Assembly (NCBI RefSeq): GCF_036365525.1
Contig: NC_090407.1
Coordinates: 12,653,441 to 12,717,440 of the forward strand
Direction: 5' to 3'
Length of the DNA stretch: 64,000 nt
Origin: Heterodontus francisci
Taxonomy: Eukaryota
Part shown: positions 46,496 to 58,429 of the stretch, one piece after another
How the letters are laid out: each line of letters begins with the position of its first letter
Position numbering within the stretch: the first letter of the stretch is position 1
Notes under the pieces: model-generated
The model's input: the letters and a program-made list of their open reading frames with translations, nothing else
Databases searched by the model: none
Told to the model about the DNA's origin: nothing
Translations under genes and position numbers: made by a program

Positions 46496-49400
46496 TTTTA
46501 CTGGGTAGAACATGCTCCCCCCCAGTATCAGCTGATGGTCCTGCCAAAGAGGATTGCGCAACCTCTCAACCTGCCTGCTTCAGGCCCAGAACTGATGGGC
46601 TGCCCTGGGGTGCTCCATTTCTGCTATCAGTCCACTGGCATTATTCTAATGAGACCAGACAGCCAAATGGACCAGGACTTCCATCGACAGTGCTGGTCAG
46701 TCACCTGGTAGTTAAAATCCAGCCCAGCGTCTCAAATGAGCTCATGCAGCCTTGGAATTGAAAGACACACAGATGAAGCAATCCTATACAAAGCAATTCA
46801 AGTTGTGTATTTTTGTTGGGCACTTGTCACACAAAGCAGCTTGGCAAAGTTAAAGGAGCGGTTGCATAAATTAAAAGGCTCAATTTAAACTGAATGGATC
46901 ACTTGCATGAAGATGAACTAGCAGAATGGGGAGAGACCATTCAACCTATTGAGCTTACTACTTCCACAAAACCATGGAAGCATTCAGTCTCCTGAGGGAA
47001 CATTCTATATAAATACTCCCTGACCTACAAAAGTAATCAAGCAAAACTCCAGGGTATTCATCCATTTTTTTTCAACCCTGATGTATTTCCCACGTAACCA
47101 TTCTCTGCATTATCCTTACCCTCCACTCCTCCCTGCCCAGCATATTCCTTGACATGTTGAATTGTCCCAGTCGACATGTCCCCCAGCCTGTTTCCAATCA
47201 GACCTCTTTCTAGCTCCTTTTTAAACAGGTTGATCAGCTCATCTTCAATTAATTTTGGCTGGGTGTTCTGGGAAGTAGGGCAGTAAGTGAGCTGGTAAAA
47301 ATGGAGATGCATGAAACCTCATATGAAAAATAATGAACCTTATTAATGCCACATGTAGCTCCATGCTCACTAACTGCCAGTACTAATGAGAAGCTCTGAG
47401 GTTCACTCAAAAGTAACGAAGGCTGTTTCTCTTTTTCAGGTCTGGCAATTCCTGTATTTGCTCCTACGGGGAAAATAGGGACATTCTGCACTTTACTACA
47501 AGTGAATTTATTTTGTGGTTTCCTCTACCAATAATATAATAAAATGACAATGTTGCAATAAAAACCATGGCTGCAAGTGCAATTCTCTGCTCAGTCTCAG
47601 GACAAATTGGGGTGAAATTCATCGCCGGATGGGGAGGTAGTACAAAATGGGTGATCATAAATCGACAGTTTCACATCCTGCCTGATTTTCTTTTCCATTG
47701 GCTTTAATAGAAAATGAGAGAGGGATAATGGAAGTCAGGTAGCAGTATAGGAATAAACTAAGGAAAAGACAAGGAGCAGCAAGGAAACAACAGGTAGTAG
47801 CCTAATGATTATGATACTGAACTAGTAAAAATGTCCGATCATAACAATTTTTGAAATTGGACTGGCATCAGAAAAATTGGGTTGGATTTAGAATCTCCTA
47901 CCTTTACCTCTGGTCTGGCCTCCATGTAACTCCAGTCCCAGTGTGTGACTGATTTCTACTACCTGCAGGACAATTAGAAATGGCAATAAAAACTGCCTTG
48001 CCAATGTTGCTCATGTATCAAGAATAGCTCTATCACCATTAAAACTGGCTGGAAAACATGTCCTGACCAGTTCTATCCTAAAATAGCAATCTTTGCATAC
48101 TAAAATTTGCATACTAGAAGGGGCCATTGTGGGTCGTTTGGCTGCCCAGTGATTGTCATTTTTAAAAGAGTTCTATGACTGTAGCACTGGCATTAACTGG
48201 GTGCTAAGTCTACCCACCCCATTTTGAGGCCTTTACTGCCCCGTTAAATGGAATTTCAGAAAGTTAAGAATCAGCCTCCTGGGAATTTTCTTTGTTTTCC
48301 TCCTTTTGTCCTGAAGGTAGGCCCCACAGCAACATTCACCATCCACCAGTTTCATCCAATTGGCCTTGATGTGCTAACCTAGAAAACCAGCTATTTGACT
48401 CTGGAGAACATCAAATTTAGCAGACCCAGGATCTATAACTTGATGTTAAATGTTTATCAGTCTCATTCCCCCACCAGTAGAACTAGTGACAACCACCTAC
48501 TCTCCTCAGTCTACAGACCATCCATTAAGGCAGATTGCACCCAAATACCAACAATTTCAATACAAGGTAGCAAAGAATGGCTGTTGAAAGGCTAGACCTA
48601 GAACGTAATGAGAATAAATTACACGGTGTACATTTCAGTACTTGCAGAGTGTCTGATCATTGTGCTGGTGGAGGGAAAATGTTAAACAGAACTAGTAAGA
48701 TGCAGAGGCCTAAGAGAATCCCTATGGCTTCAGTGACAGACTAAAAGTGCAACGGTTATGACTTGTGCATATCTGCATCCACCCCAATCTGAATAGGCAG
48801 CTGATTGGGGACAATGCCTGCCTTTTCTGTTGATAGGCAACAGGCAGAAGAGGGAAAACCATGTGTGTCTTCAAATACAATACAAGAGACTGAATGATGA
48901 GTTTAACTCAAACAGCAGCCCCCATAAGTAAATGTTCCTTAATGAACTAGGCAAGAGAAACTATCTGCTGCATACAATGTCAAAATGGTTTATGTTTTCT
49001 AGTCTGATTCATATAGAGAATGACAGGCAGGAATGAGAAACAGCTTGCTATGCAAACAGATCCTATTAATAGTGGGTTGTAAGTTTCAGTGAGGGAGAGA
49101 AAAGCATGTTTAAAATATTCTTTTTCCCAGCATCTGCATCACTCCTTTGTGCTAACCGTGCAAAGGTGTCAGTGGGACTAGTACAATAAAATAAAAACAC
49201 TCTACGGATACGTAGCCCTGATAGGCCAGTTGGTAAATGCACAGCTCAAAGTGGTATAGATGCCAGATCCAATCCTTGGACTGTGTTGAGTTAGCTGATC
49301 TCAGCTCAGGTGGTAGGACGCCAGATGCCTATCTAATATTCGTCCCAATTTCCTTTTCTATTGGTCAATGCTACTACCCAAGATGAATTTCAGCCCCTAA

Positions 49401-50305
49401 GGCTTTCTTCTCCTGTGATTTTTGTGCCTGGTTCCACCAGGGAATTCATCCCTTCAAGACCTCATTCAAGTAGCCATTCCTAATATATGAGCCCAGGCAG
49501 TGAGTGTGAGCAGGCAATTTGGCTCTGGAAGGCAGAGCCTAATCCAGCCCTCACCTGCCATCCATGCAAATATAGTATTAGTAATCCATTAGATAGCAAC
49601 CAAGGGATTTTCCCCCCACACCCTCCTTTTGGAGACAAACTAAGCTAATGAGAGTGTCTCTTGCTTACTTGGCCATCAGGGACTCTCTCGGCTGAATTTT
49701 CGTGTCGGGGGGTGGGAAACGGGACTGTTTCCAGGTCCTGAACTTGCCCCTGGGGGACACTGATTTACTTTACAATTTCAAGGGAGTGACCCCTTTGTTT
49801 ATATGGAGATGGGTTTAGTGTCCAATTGGAGCCCACAGGGGCGAGAATGGAGGTGGGTCAGAGGAAGTTCGGGCCCAATTTAAACTCACTACAGCAGCTA
49901 TTACTGAGGCTGTTGTTTGAATGAAGGAGGAACGCTGCATAGATTGTCAGAGCCTTGGACAGCAATGGTGTCAAGCTAGATTTCAAGGGGAAACCGGAAG
50001 CCTGACTGAGTTGGGAGGCGAGGAGGTGGCGGGGTGGTTGCTGGGCGCAGGACTGACCCTAGGTTTTTAGATACGGGCCTGGAGGTCATGTTCGAGGCCA
50101 TGATGGAGAGGAGGGAGGTCCTCTTCCTGGAGGGAGGCCAGAAGAGGCCACCCATCCAGACCAAGGAGACATGGGTGAAGGTGGCAGCCACACTGGGCAG
50201 CTGGAACATGGCTAGAAGGACATGGATCCAGGGTTAGAAGAGGTTCAATGACTTCATATGCTCTGGCAACGTTGAGTGCAATCCCCAACCCTGAGAACAG
50301 GCCTC

Positions 50306-53300
50306 GTTTTTTTTTATTCATTCATGGGATATGGGCGTTGCTGGCTATGCCAGCATTTATTGCCCATCCCTAATTGCCCTTGAGTAGGTGGTGGTGAGCT
50401 GCCTTCTTGAACTGCTGCAGTCCATGTGGGGTAGGTACACCCACAGTGCTGTAGGGAAGGGTGCCAGGATTTTGACCCAGCGACAGTGAAGCAACGGCAA
50501 TATCGTTCCGTCAGGATGGTGTGTGATTGGGAAGGGAACTTGAAGGTGGTGGTGTTTCCATGCATTTGCTGCCCTTGTCCTTCTAGTTGGTAGAGCCCGC
50601 GGGTTTGGAAGGTGCTGTCTAAGGAGCCTTTGTGCGTTGCTGAAGTGCATCTTGTAGATGGTACACACTGCTGCCACTGTGCGTCGGTGGTGGAGGGCGT
50701 GAATGTGAGTGCATGGGATAGCAATCAAGCGGGCTGCTTTGTTCTGGATGGTGTCGAGCTTCTTGAGTGTTTTTGGAAATGCACCCATTCAGGCAAGTGG
50801 AGAGTATTCCATCACACTCCTGACTTGTGCCTTGTAGATTGTGGCAGGCTGTGGGGAGTCAGGAGGTGAGTTACTCACAGCAGGATTCCTAGTCAAAACC
50901 TGCTCTTGTAGCTACAGTATTTTTATATGGCTACAATTCAGTTTCTGGACAATGGTAGCCCCTAGGATGTTGATAGTGGGGGATTCAGCGATGGTAATGC
51001 CATTGAATGTCAAGGGCAGATGGTTAGATTCCCTCTTGTTGGAGATGGTCATTGCCTGGCACTTGTGTGGCGCAAATGTTAATTGCCATTTATCAGCCCA
51101 AGCCTGGATATTGTCCAAGTCTTGCTGCATTTCTACACGGACTGCTTCAGTATCTGAGGAGTCACAAATGGTGCTGAACATTGTGCAATCATCAGCGAAC
51201 ATCCCCACTTCTGACCTTATGATTGAAGGAAGGTCATTGATGAAGCAGCTCAAGATGGTTGGGCCTAGGACACTACCCTGAGGAACTCCTGCAGTGATGT
51301 CCTGGAGCTGAGTTGATTGACCTCCAACAACCACAACCATCTTCCTTTGCACTAGGTATGACTCCAACCAGCGAAGAGTTTTCCCCCCGATTCCCATTGA
51401 CTTGAGTTTTGCTGGGGCTCCTTGATGCCATACTCAGTCAAATGCTGCCTTAATGTCACTCGCACCTCACCTCGAGTTCAGCTCTTTTGTCCATGTCTGA
51501 ACCAAGGCTATAATGAGGTCAGGAGCTGAGTGGCCCTGGCAGAACCCAAACTAAGCATCGCTGAGCAGGTTATTGTTAAGCAAGTGCTGCTTGATGGCAC
51601 TGTTAATGACACCTTCCATCACTTTACTGATGATTGGCAGTGGACTGATGGGACAATAGTTGGCTGGGTTGGACTTGTCCTGCTTTTTGTGTACAGGACA
51701 TACCTGGGCAATTTTCCATATTGCCGGAGAGATGCCGCTGTTGTAGCTGTACTGGAACAGCTTGGCTAGGGGCGCAGCAAGTTCTGGAGTACAGGTCTTC
51801 AGTACTATTGCAGAAATGTTGTCAGGGCACATAGCTTTTGCAGTATCCAGTGCCTTCAGTCATTTCTTGATATCACGCAGAGTGAATCGAATTGGCTGAG
51901 GTCTGGCATCTATGATGCAGGGGACTTCAGGATGAGGCCGAGATGAATCATCAACTTGGCAGTTCTGGCTGAAGATTGTTGCAAATGCTTCTGCCGTATC
52001 TTTTGCACTGATGTGCTGGGCTCCCCCATCATTGAGGATAGGGATATTTGTGGAGCCACCTCCTCCAGTTAGTTGTTTAATTGTCCACCATCAGTCATGA
52101 CTGGATGTGGCAGGACTGCAAAGCTTAGATCTGATCCGTTGGTTATGGGATCGCTTAGCTCTGTCTATCGCATGCTGCTTACGCAGTTTGGCACGCAAGT
52201 AGTCCTGTGTTGTAGCTTCACCAGGTTGACACCTCATTTTGAGGTATGCCTGCTGCTGCTGCTGGCATGCCCTCCTTCACTCTTCATTGAACCAGGGTTG
52301 GTCCCCTGGCTTGATGGTAATGGTAGAGTGGGGAATATGCCAGGCCATGAGGTTAGATTGTGTTTGAGTACAATTCTGCTGCTGCTGATGGCCCACAGCG
52401 CCTCATGGATGCCCTGTTTTGCATTGCTAGATCTGTTCGAAATCTATCCCATTTAGCACAGTGGTAGTGCCACACATCATGATGGAGGGTCTTCACAAGG
52501 ACTGTGCGGTGGTCATTCCTACCACTACTGTCATGGACAGATGCATCCACAGCAGGCAGATTGGTGAGGATGAGGTTAAGTATGTTTTTCCCTCACCAAC
52601 TGCCGCATACCTGGTCTAGCACCTATGTCCTTTAGGACTCGGCCAGCTTGGTCTGTAGTAGTACTATCGAGCCACTCTTGGTAATGGACATTGAAGTCCC
52701 CCACCCAGAATACATTCTGCACCCTTGGTGTTCACCATGGAGGAATACTGACTCATCAGCTGAGAGAGGGCAGTACTTGGAATTAGCAGGAGGTTTCCTT
52801 GCCCATGTTTGGCCTGATGCCATGAGACTTCATGGGGTATGAAGTCGATGTTGAGGACAACCAGGGCAACTCCCTCCCGCCTGTATACAACTGTGCCACC
52901 ACCTCTGTCCTGCTAGTGGGACAGGACATATCCGGGGATGGTGATGGCAGTGTCTGGGACATTGTCTGTCAGGTATGATTCCGTATGTATGTCTATGGCA
53001 GGCTGTTGCTTGACTAGTCTGTGGGACAGCTCTTCCAACTTTGGCACAAGTCCCAGATGTTAGTAAGGAGGATTTTGCAGGGTTGACAGGGCTGGATTTG
53101 CCACTGTCATTTCCTGTGCCTAGGGTCGATGCTGTGTGGTCCATCCGGTTTCATTCTTTTTTTTATTGACTTCATAGCAGTTAGATGCAGCTAAGTGGCT
53201 TACCCATTTCAGAGTACATGTAAGAGTCGACCACATTGCTGTGGGTCTGGAGTCACATGTAGTCCAGCCGAGGTAAGGACAACAGATTTCTTTCCCTAGA

Positions 53301-53497
53301 GGGCATTAATAAACCAGATGGTTTTTTTACAACATTGGTTGCATGGCCATCATTAGACTAGCTTTTTTTTAAAATCCCAGATTTATTAATTGAATTCAAA
53401 TTCCACCTTCTGCTGTGGTGGAATTCAATCCCATGTCCCCAGAGCAATACCCTGGGGTGTTAGTCCAGTGACAATACCAGTGTGCCACCGTCTCCCC
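50306..53497 (-). mobile_element. near full-length decayed CR1/L2-group LINE (second family) with tRNA-derived head
   Basis: APE start near 53070; NPANYCPISPL, GVPQGSVLGP, MFADD; tail ctcaagggcaattagggatgggcaataaatgc...(A)n; A/B-box-like motifs at 53477-53487 and 53420-53431. Confidence 0.88.
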
Positions 53498-53727
53498 TGT
53501 ATTCACCTGAGGAATATCATGGTGCATGCTGCTCCTGGACATGGGAGGGGTGTGTGCCCAGGGCACTCACTCACCTCTCAGAATGGCTCAGAGCCATAGT
53601 GCTGCTGAGGACCTGTAACCACTGATATGTGCACCTTCTAATGAATTGAGGCACATGACAGTAGATACAGGACAGCAGTGCCTTATCTCGCTCCCTTTTG
53701 TCCTTGCAGGAGAAACAGGCACATAAT

Positions 53728-54424
53728 GGGCAGGATTTTATCCTGCCTTTGGAGACGGGAATGAAGGTGGGGGGGCCACACAAAATGGCAAGGAGTGGTG
53801 TTGGGCAGCGTGCCCGATGTCGTCCTGCTCCCATGCCATTTTGTGCATGGCAGGGATGTTGGAGGATGGGCCTCCCGCCGAAGGCCAATTGGGCCACTTA
53901 AGGTCAACTTCCCGGCTCCATTTTGATTTTACCAATACTGGAGGGGCCACCGCATGGAGATGCCACCAGGTGAGAACTGGCGGCCTCCTAGTGGGCTCCG
54001 GGTGGGGGGGGGGGAGGTTCCCTTCTTTGGGGCAACCCATGGCCCATGCATGGACCCCTGGTGGTGATAACTGCTCCCATGGCAAGACTGCCCTCCCACC
54101 CAAACCAAACACCTTCCCACCTCTCACTGGGGCCTGCCCTGACTGGCCCCAGTGACCCTAAACCCACTTAACTGCCTCCTGGAGTCTCCAACATCTTCGC
54201 CAAAGCAGTCTTCCTGCAGTACCAGCAGTGGCCACCCCCCCAGTGGCACTGCTGGTACTGCAGAGCTGCTGGCTAATCGGAGGCGGGAGCTTGTCCCTTA
54301 AAGGCATGGCATTCCCGACAGCAAGTCGTAAATTGGCTGCCTGCTGTGGATTTTCACAGAGGGCATTGCCCCTTGCCTTCTGGCTCCCACTGGGATCCCC
54401 TGTCGCTGGGATAAAATCTGTCCC
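53728..54424. mobile_element. non-autonomous PIF/Harbinger-type MITE
   Basis: TIRs GGGCAGGATTTTATCC / GGATAAAATCTGTCCC with 3-bp AAT duplication; internal similarity to 14188-14893. Confidence 0.85.
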
Positions 54425-55537
54425 AATGCCCAAGAAAGGGCCCAGATGGGAGGAGGGGTGCCATTTTTCTACCACATTACCCCAATGGAGGAGACAGCCA
54501 TGTACATAGCCTCAGGAGTCACATGAAATAATCCTCTACCTTGAGCAGCAGCAGGAGATGTGCTCCCATATGTTGGAGTTCCCTGAAGCAGTGCGGGGTC
54601 TTGGGCAGAGGATGTATGAGTCCATCCAGCTCATGTGTGCCACCATGGCTCAGAGCTATGGGTGCAGGAACTCCTCCATAGAGAGAATGGTCAGCCTCTT
54701 GGAGAGCCATATGCAGCAGCACTTGGAGTGAATGCGGGAACGGTGTACTGACGTCCACAGGGTGCATGAGACGCCGTGTCGCATGGACTGGTCAGTGGTG
54801 CTGGTGGTGCAGAGATCTTTGGAGGGGATACCAGCTCTGCCCCAGCTGGTGCTGTTCTCCAGGCATCCAGAGCACCTGAGGATGTCACAGAGGAGGATGA
54901 GGGTGCCACCCCTCACAGGGCGCCCTCATTTTCCTCGGTGTACTTGGCTCCACTGAGGGACCATCTGTACAGCAAGGCCAAGTGTCAAAGGCTGCCCCTG
55001 CAATGCTGCAGGTGCAGCAGCTTCTGGAGATCCCCCCACAGGCACCTCCACGACGAGGAAGACTGCCACAAGCCGAGATGAGTGATCAGGCAGCTTTCAC
55101 TTCCTCCGAGGCCACAAGGGGAGCACTGTGTAGAAGTGGCCGAGTGCTGAGGCCACCACATTGCGCGGAACACTAAGAGGGTCACTGGGGTGTATTCTTA
55201 CTGTCTGTCCACTTCTTTCCACTGTTTTCACTGTGTAAATGACGACACTTTATGCCACTAGTCGGGGACTCGTTTTATTGCTGCTGTGACAGGAAAGGCA
55301 GTATGAGGTGGTGATGGAGATAACGACAGCAAAGTCTCAGTCCACAGTGACAGCAAAGTCTCTGGGCAGATGTGCTTCCGTCATTAGCAGTAAGTGATTA
55401 GATGTTTCAGGCTGCATCTTGCATGGATGTGTTAGCACAAGTATCTCAGACTCATTTCCATGCCACAACCCTTAACCTGTGTCAGAAGGACCCAAGTGAA
55501 ACGCTCCTGAGATGAGATAATCCCTGACATTCATACA

Positions 55538-56170
55538 GTTCATGGAGTCAGAGTCATTACGACACAGAAGGAGACCATTCGGTCCAACGAGTCCATGCCG
55601 ACTCTCCATACAGCAATCCAGTTAGTCCCATTCTCCCGCTCTATCCCTGTACAACTGCAAGTTTATTTCCCTCAAGTGCCCATCCAACTTCCTTTTGAAA
55701 TTATTCATAGTTTCTGCTTCCACCACCCTTGTAGGCAGCGAGTTCCAGGTCATTACCACTCGCTGCATAAAAATGTTCTTCCTCAAATTCCCCCTGCATC
55801 TCTTGCCTAAAGCCTTAAATCTGTGTCACCTAGTCCTTGTACCATCAGCTAATGGGAACAGCTTTTCTTTGCCTATCTTATCTAAACCGGTCATAATCCT
55901 GTACACCTCTATCAAATCTCCCCTCAATTTCCTTTGCTCCAAGGAGAACAACCCCACCTTTTCCAACCTAACCTTGTAGCTAAAAATCCTCATCCCTGGA
56001 ACAACTCTGGTAAAATACCCTCTGCACCCTCTCAAGGACCCTCACATCCTTCCTGAAGTATGGTGACCAAAACTGGATGCAATACTCCAGTTGTGGCCTA
56101 ACCAGAGCTTTAGAAAGGTTCAGCATAACTTTTCTGCTTTTGTACTCAATATCTCTAATTATGCAGCCCA
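55538..56170 (-). mobile_element. CR1 3' fragment
   Basis: [29 protein letters not shown]. Confidence 0.9.
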
Positions 56171-56695
56171 TGCTGATGAGCCCTTTGTGCCCCGAGCCAT
56201 GCCCGGTTACCTCTTTGTGCAGCTGGGGCACCTCTCTATGCAGCAGCATCTTCCTCCACATCCATTTCCTCACCCTCGCTCACCTCCTGCTCCTGCTCAT
56301 CCCCCAGTGAGCTGTCTCCTTCCAGGGCCTCACCATCCTCAAGGTCTACACCTCCCTGGAGGGCCATGTTATGGAGAAAGCAGCAGACCACCACAATGAC
56401 TGAGACCCTTGCAGGAGGTTATTGCAGGGCACCAACCGACTGGCCCAGGCTCCGGAATCACATCTTCAGAAGCCCAATGGCCTGCTCAATGATTGACCTA
56501 GTGAGCGGGTAGCATTGGTTGTACTGCCTCAGTGCCCCTGTCTGGGGCTACTTTACAGCAGTCAGTAGCCATCTCTTCAAGGGATATCCCTTGTCTCCTA
56601 ACTCCATCCACACACTTTGGGGGTTGAAGTGGAATTCTGCAGCAGCCTGGACTGGAGGAGAATGAAGGAATCATGGCAGCTGCCAGGAAAGCAAG

Positions 56696-57476
56696 TCCTA
56701 CAGCTGTACCCAACCAGAAGTCAGGCAGTTGCCTTTCTGTTTGGGTTTGGATATTGTTTTCAAGTCAGTTGGGGTATGAACTGTTTTGATGACAATTGGT
56801 GTTTTGCCTGCCAAGAAAAAAGAAACCCCAGCTCAGTTTGCCTGCACCTCTCTAAGAGACCCTGAGAAAGCCAGTGTGTCAGCTCCTCTTTTCTCCTGTC
56901 TTTGGAAAATCCCTGCGATTCAAGAATGTGTTGGCTGAAACTCCTGATGCCACATGTCCTGGAAAGCCTACCAGACGATTTCTTGGCATCTCCAGAATGA
57001 ATCGCTTCTGAAAAGTGAAAAACCAGTGACCCATCTCCATAGACCCAGACGCCAGAGCAAAAGGGACAACTGCCTTCCTTCCATATCTTTTTTTCCTTCA
57101 AGAATTAGCAAGCAATTATTTGGCCAAGGTATTCTTTTTTTAGTCTTTTTTTTGTAACAGACCTCTACAGAGAGAATTTCTGTATTTTTTTCAGTGTGTG
57201 TCTGAGTGTATGTGAGGGGAATTTAAAAAGGGAACTTCCATATTTCAAGCTGTGTGTTAATGCTTTGTTTCATTCCTGGATAAGTCTTGTTTTATAATAA
57301 ACTGATAATTTTGTTGTTTATTAAATAAACCAGGTTGGTGTATTGTATTCTGGGATAAAGAGTAGAGTATATGATTGATAGCATTGGTAACTGGGTAAAC
57401 ATTTAAATATATGTTCTGACCTGTGGTGAAGTGGAACTAGAAAAGACAGTGCACTCCTCCCACCTTGGTTGTAACA
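56696..57476 (+). mobile_element. LTR-like fragment
   Basis: ends in ...tgtaaca; AATAAA and TG-rich tract; replaces the 5' part of the Harbinger transposase. Confidence 0.5.
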
Positions 57477-57477
57477 T

Positions 57478-58425
57478 ATTCAATATGATCATGGCTGATC
57501 TTAGGCTTCAACTCCACTTTTCCACCTGCTCGCTATATCCCTTGATTTCCTGAGAGACCAAAATTCTGTCTATCCCAACCTTAAATGTATTCAATGATGG
57601 AGCATTCACAACCCTCTGGGGTAGAGAATTCCAAAGATTCACAACCCGTTGAGTGAAGTAATTTATCCTCACCTCAGTCCTAAATGATCAGCCCCTTATC
57701 CTGAGACTGTGCCCCCGTGTTTTAGATTCCTACAGCAGCTGAAACAATCTCACTGTCTACGCTATATAGCCCCTTCAGAATCTTGTATTTTCAATGAGAT
57801 CACCTCTCATTCTTCTAAACTCCAGAGAATATAGACTGGATTTTCTCAGCCTCTCATCATAGGACAACCCCTTCATCCCAGGGACCAATTTAGTAAACCT
57901 TCGCTGTACTGCCTCAAATGCAAGTACTCCAGATGTGGTCTCACCAAAACCCTGTACAACTGTAGCAAGATTTCTTTATTCCTGTACTCTAATCCCCTTG
58001 CAATAAAGGCCAACACGCCATTTGCCTACCTAATTGCTTGCTGTACCTGCATGCTAACTTTCTGCGTTCCTTGTACAAGAACACCCAAGTCTCTTTGAAC
58101 ATCAACACTTACAAGTTTCACATTTTTAAAAAAATATTCTGCCTTTCTATTAGGACCAAAGTGAATAACTTCACACTTCCCTACATTATTCTCCATCTGC
58201 CATCTTGTTGCCCATTCACTTAACCTGCCTATATCTCTTTGCAGCCTCTGTGTCCTCCCCACAGTTTACCTTTCCACCTGCCTTTATATCATCAGCAAAC
58301 TTAGATACATTACTCTCTATCGCTTCATCTAAGTCATTAATATAGATTGTAAATAGCTGAGGCCCCAGCACTGATCCTCACGGCACACCACTATTCCCTG
58401 CTGGCCAACTTGAAAATGCCCCTTT
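57478..58425 (-). mobile_element. CR1 RT/3' fragment
   Basis: LQRDIGRLSEWATRWQM, QRDLGVLV; same subfamily as 15260-15640. Confidence 0.9.
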
Positions 58426-58429
58426 TATC

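Larger units (their letters stand above)
49689..56695 (-). mobile_element. second Harbinger copy in opposite orientation, broken by nested insertions; Myb/SANT domain (+, about 50034-50260), transposase C-terminus (-, about 56170-56695)
   Basis: PRFLDTGLEVMFEAMMERREVLF...WVKVAATL...RTWIQG*KRFNDF; FPGSCHDSFIL, DKGYPLKRWLLT, IIEQAIGLLKM; left end matches the reverse complement of 42270-42297. Confidence 0.85.

Noticed and set aside
47420-47530. Plus-strand exon after tgtttctctttttcag
   Set aside because: Good acceptor but no convincing donor or recognisable peptide in any frame.
50034-50260. Host MSANTD/NAIF1-like gene
   Set aside because: In-frame stop within the Myb/SANT domain and located inside a Harbinger element.
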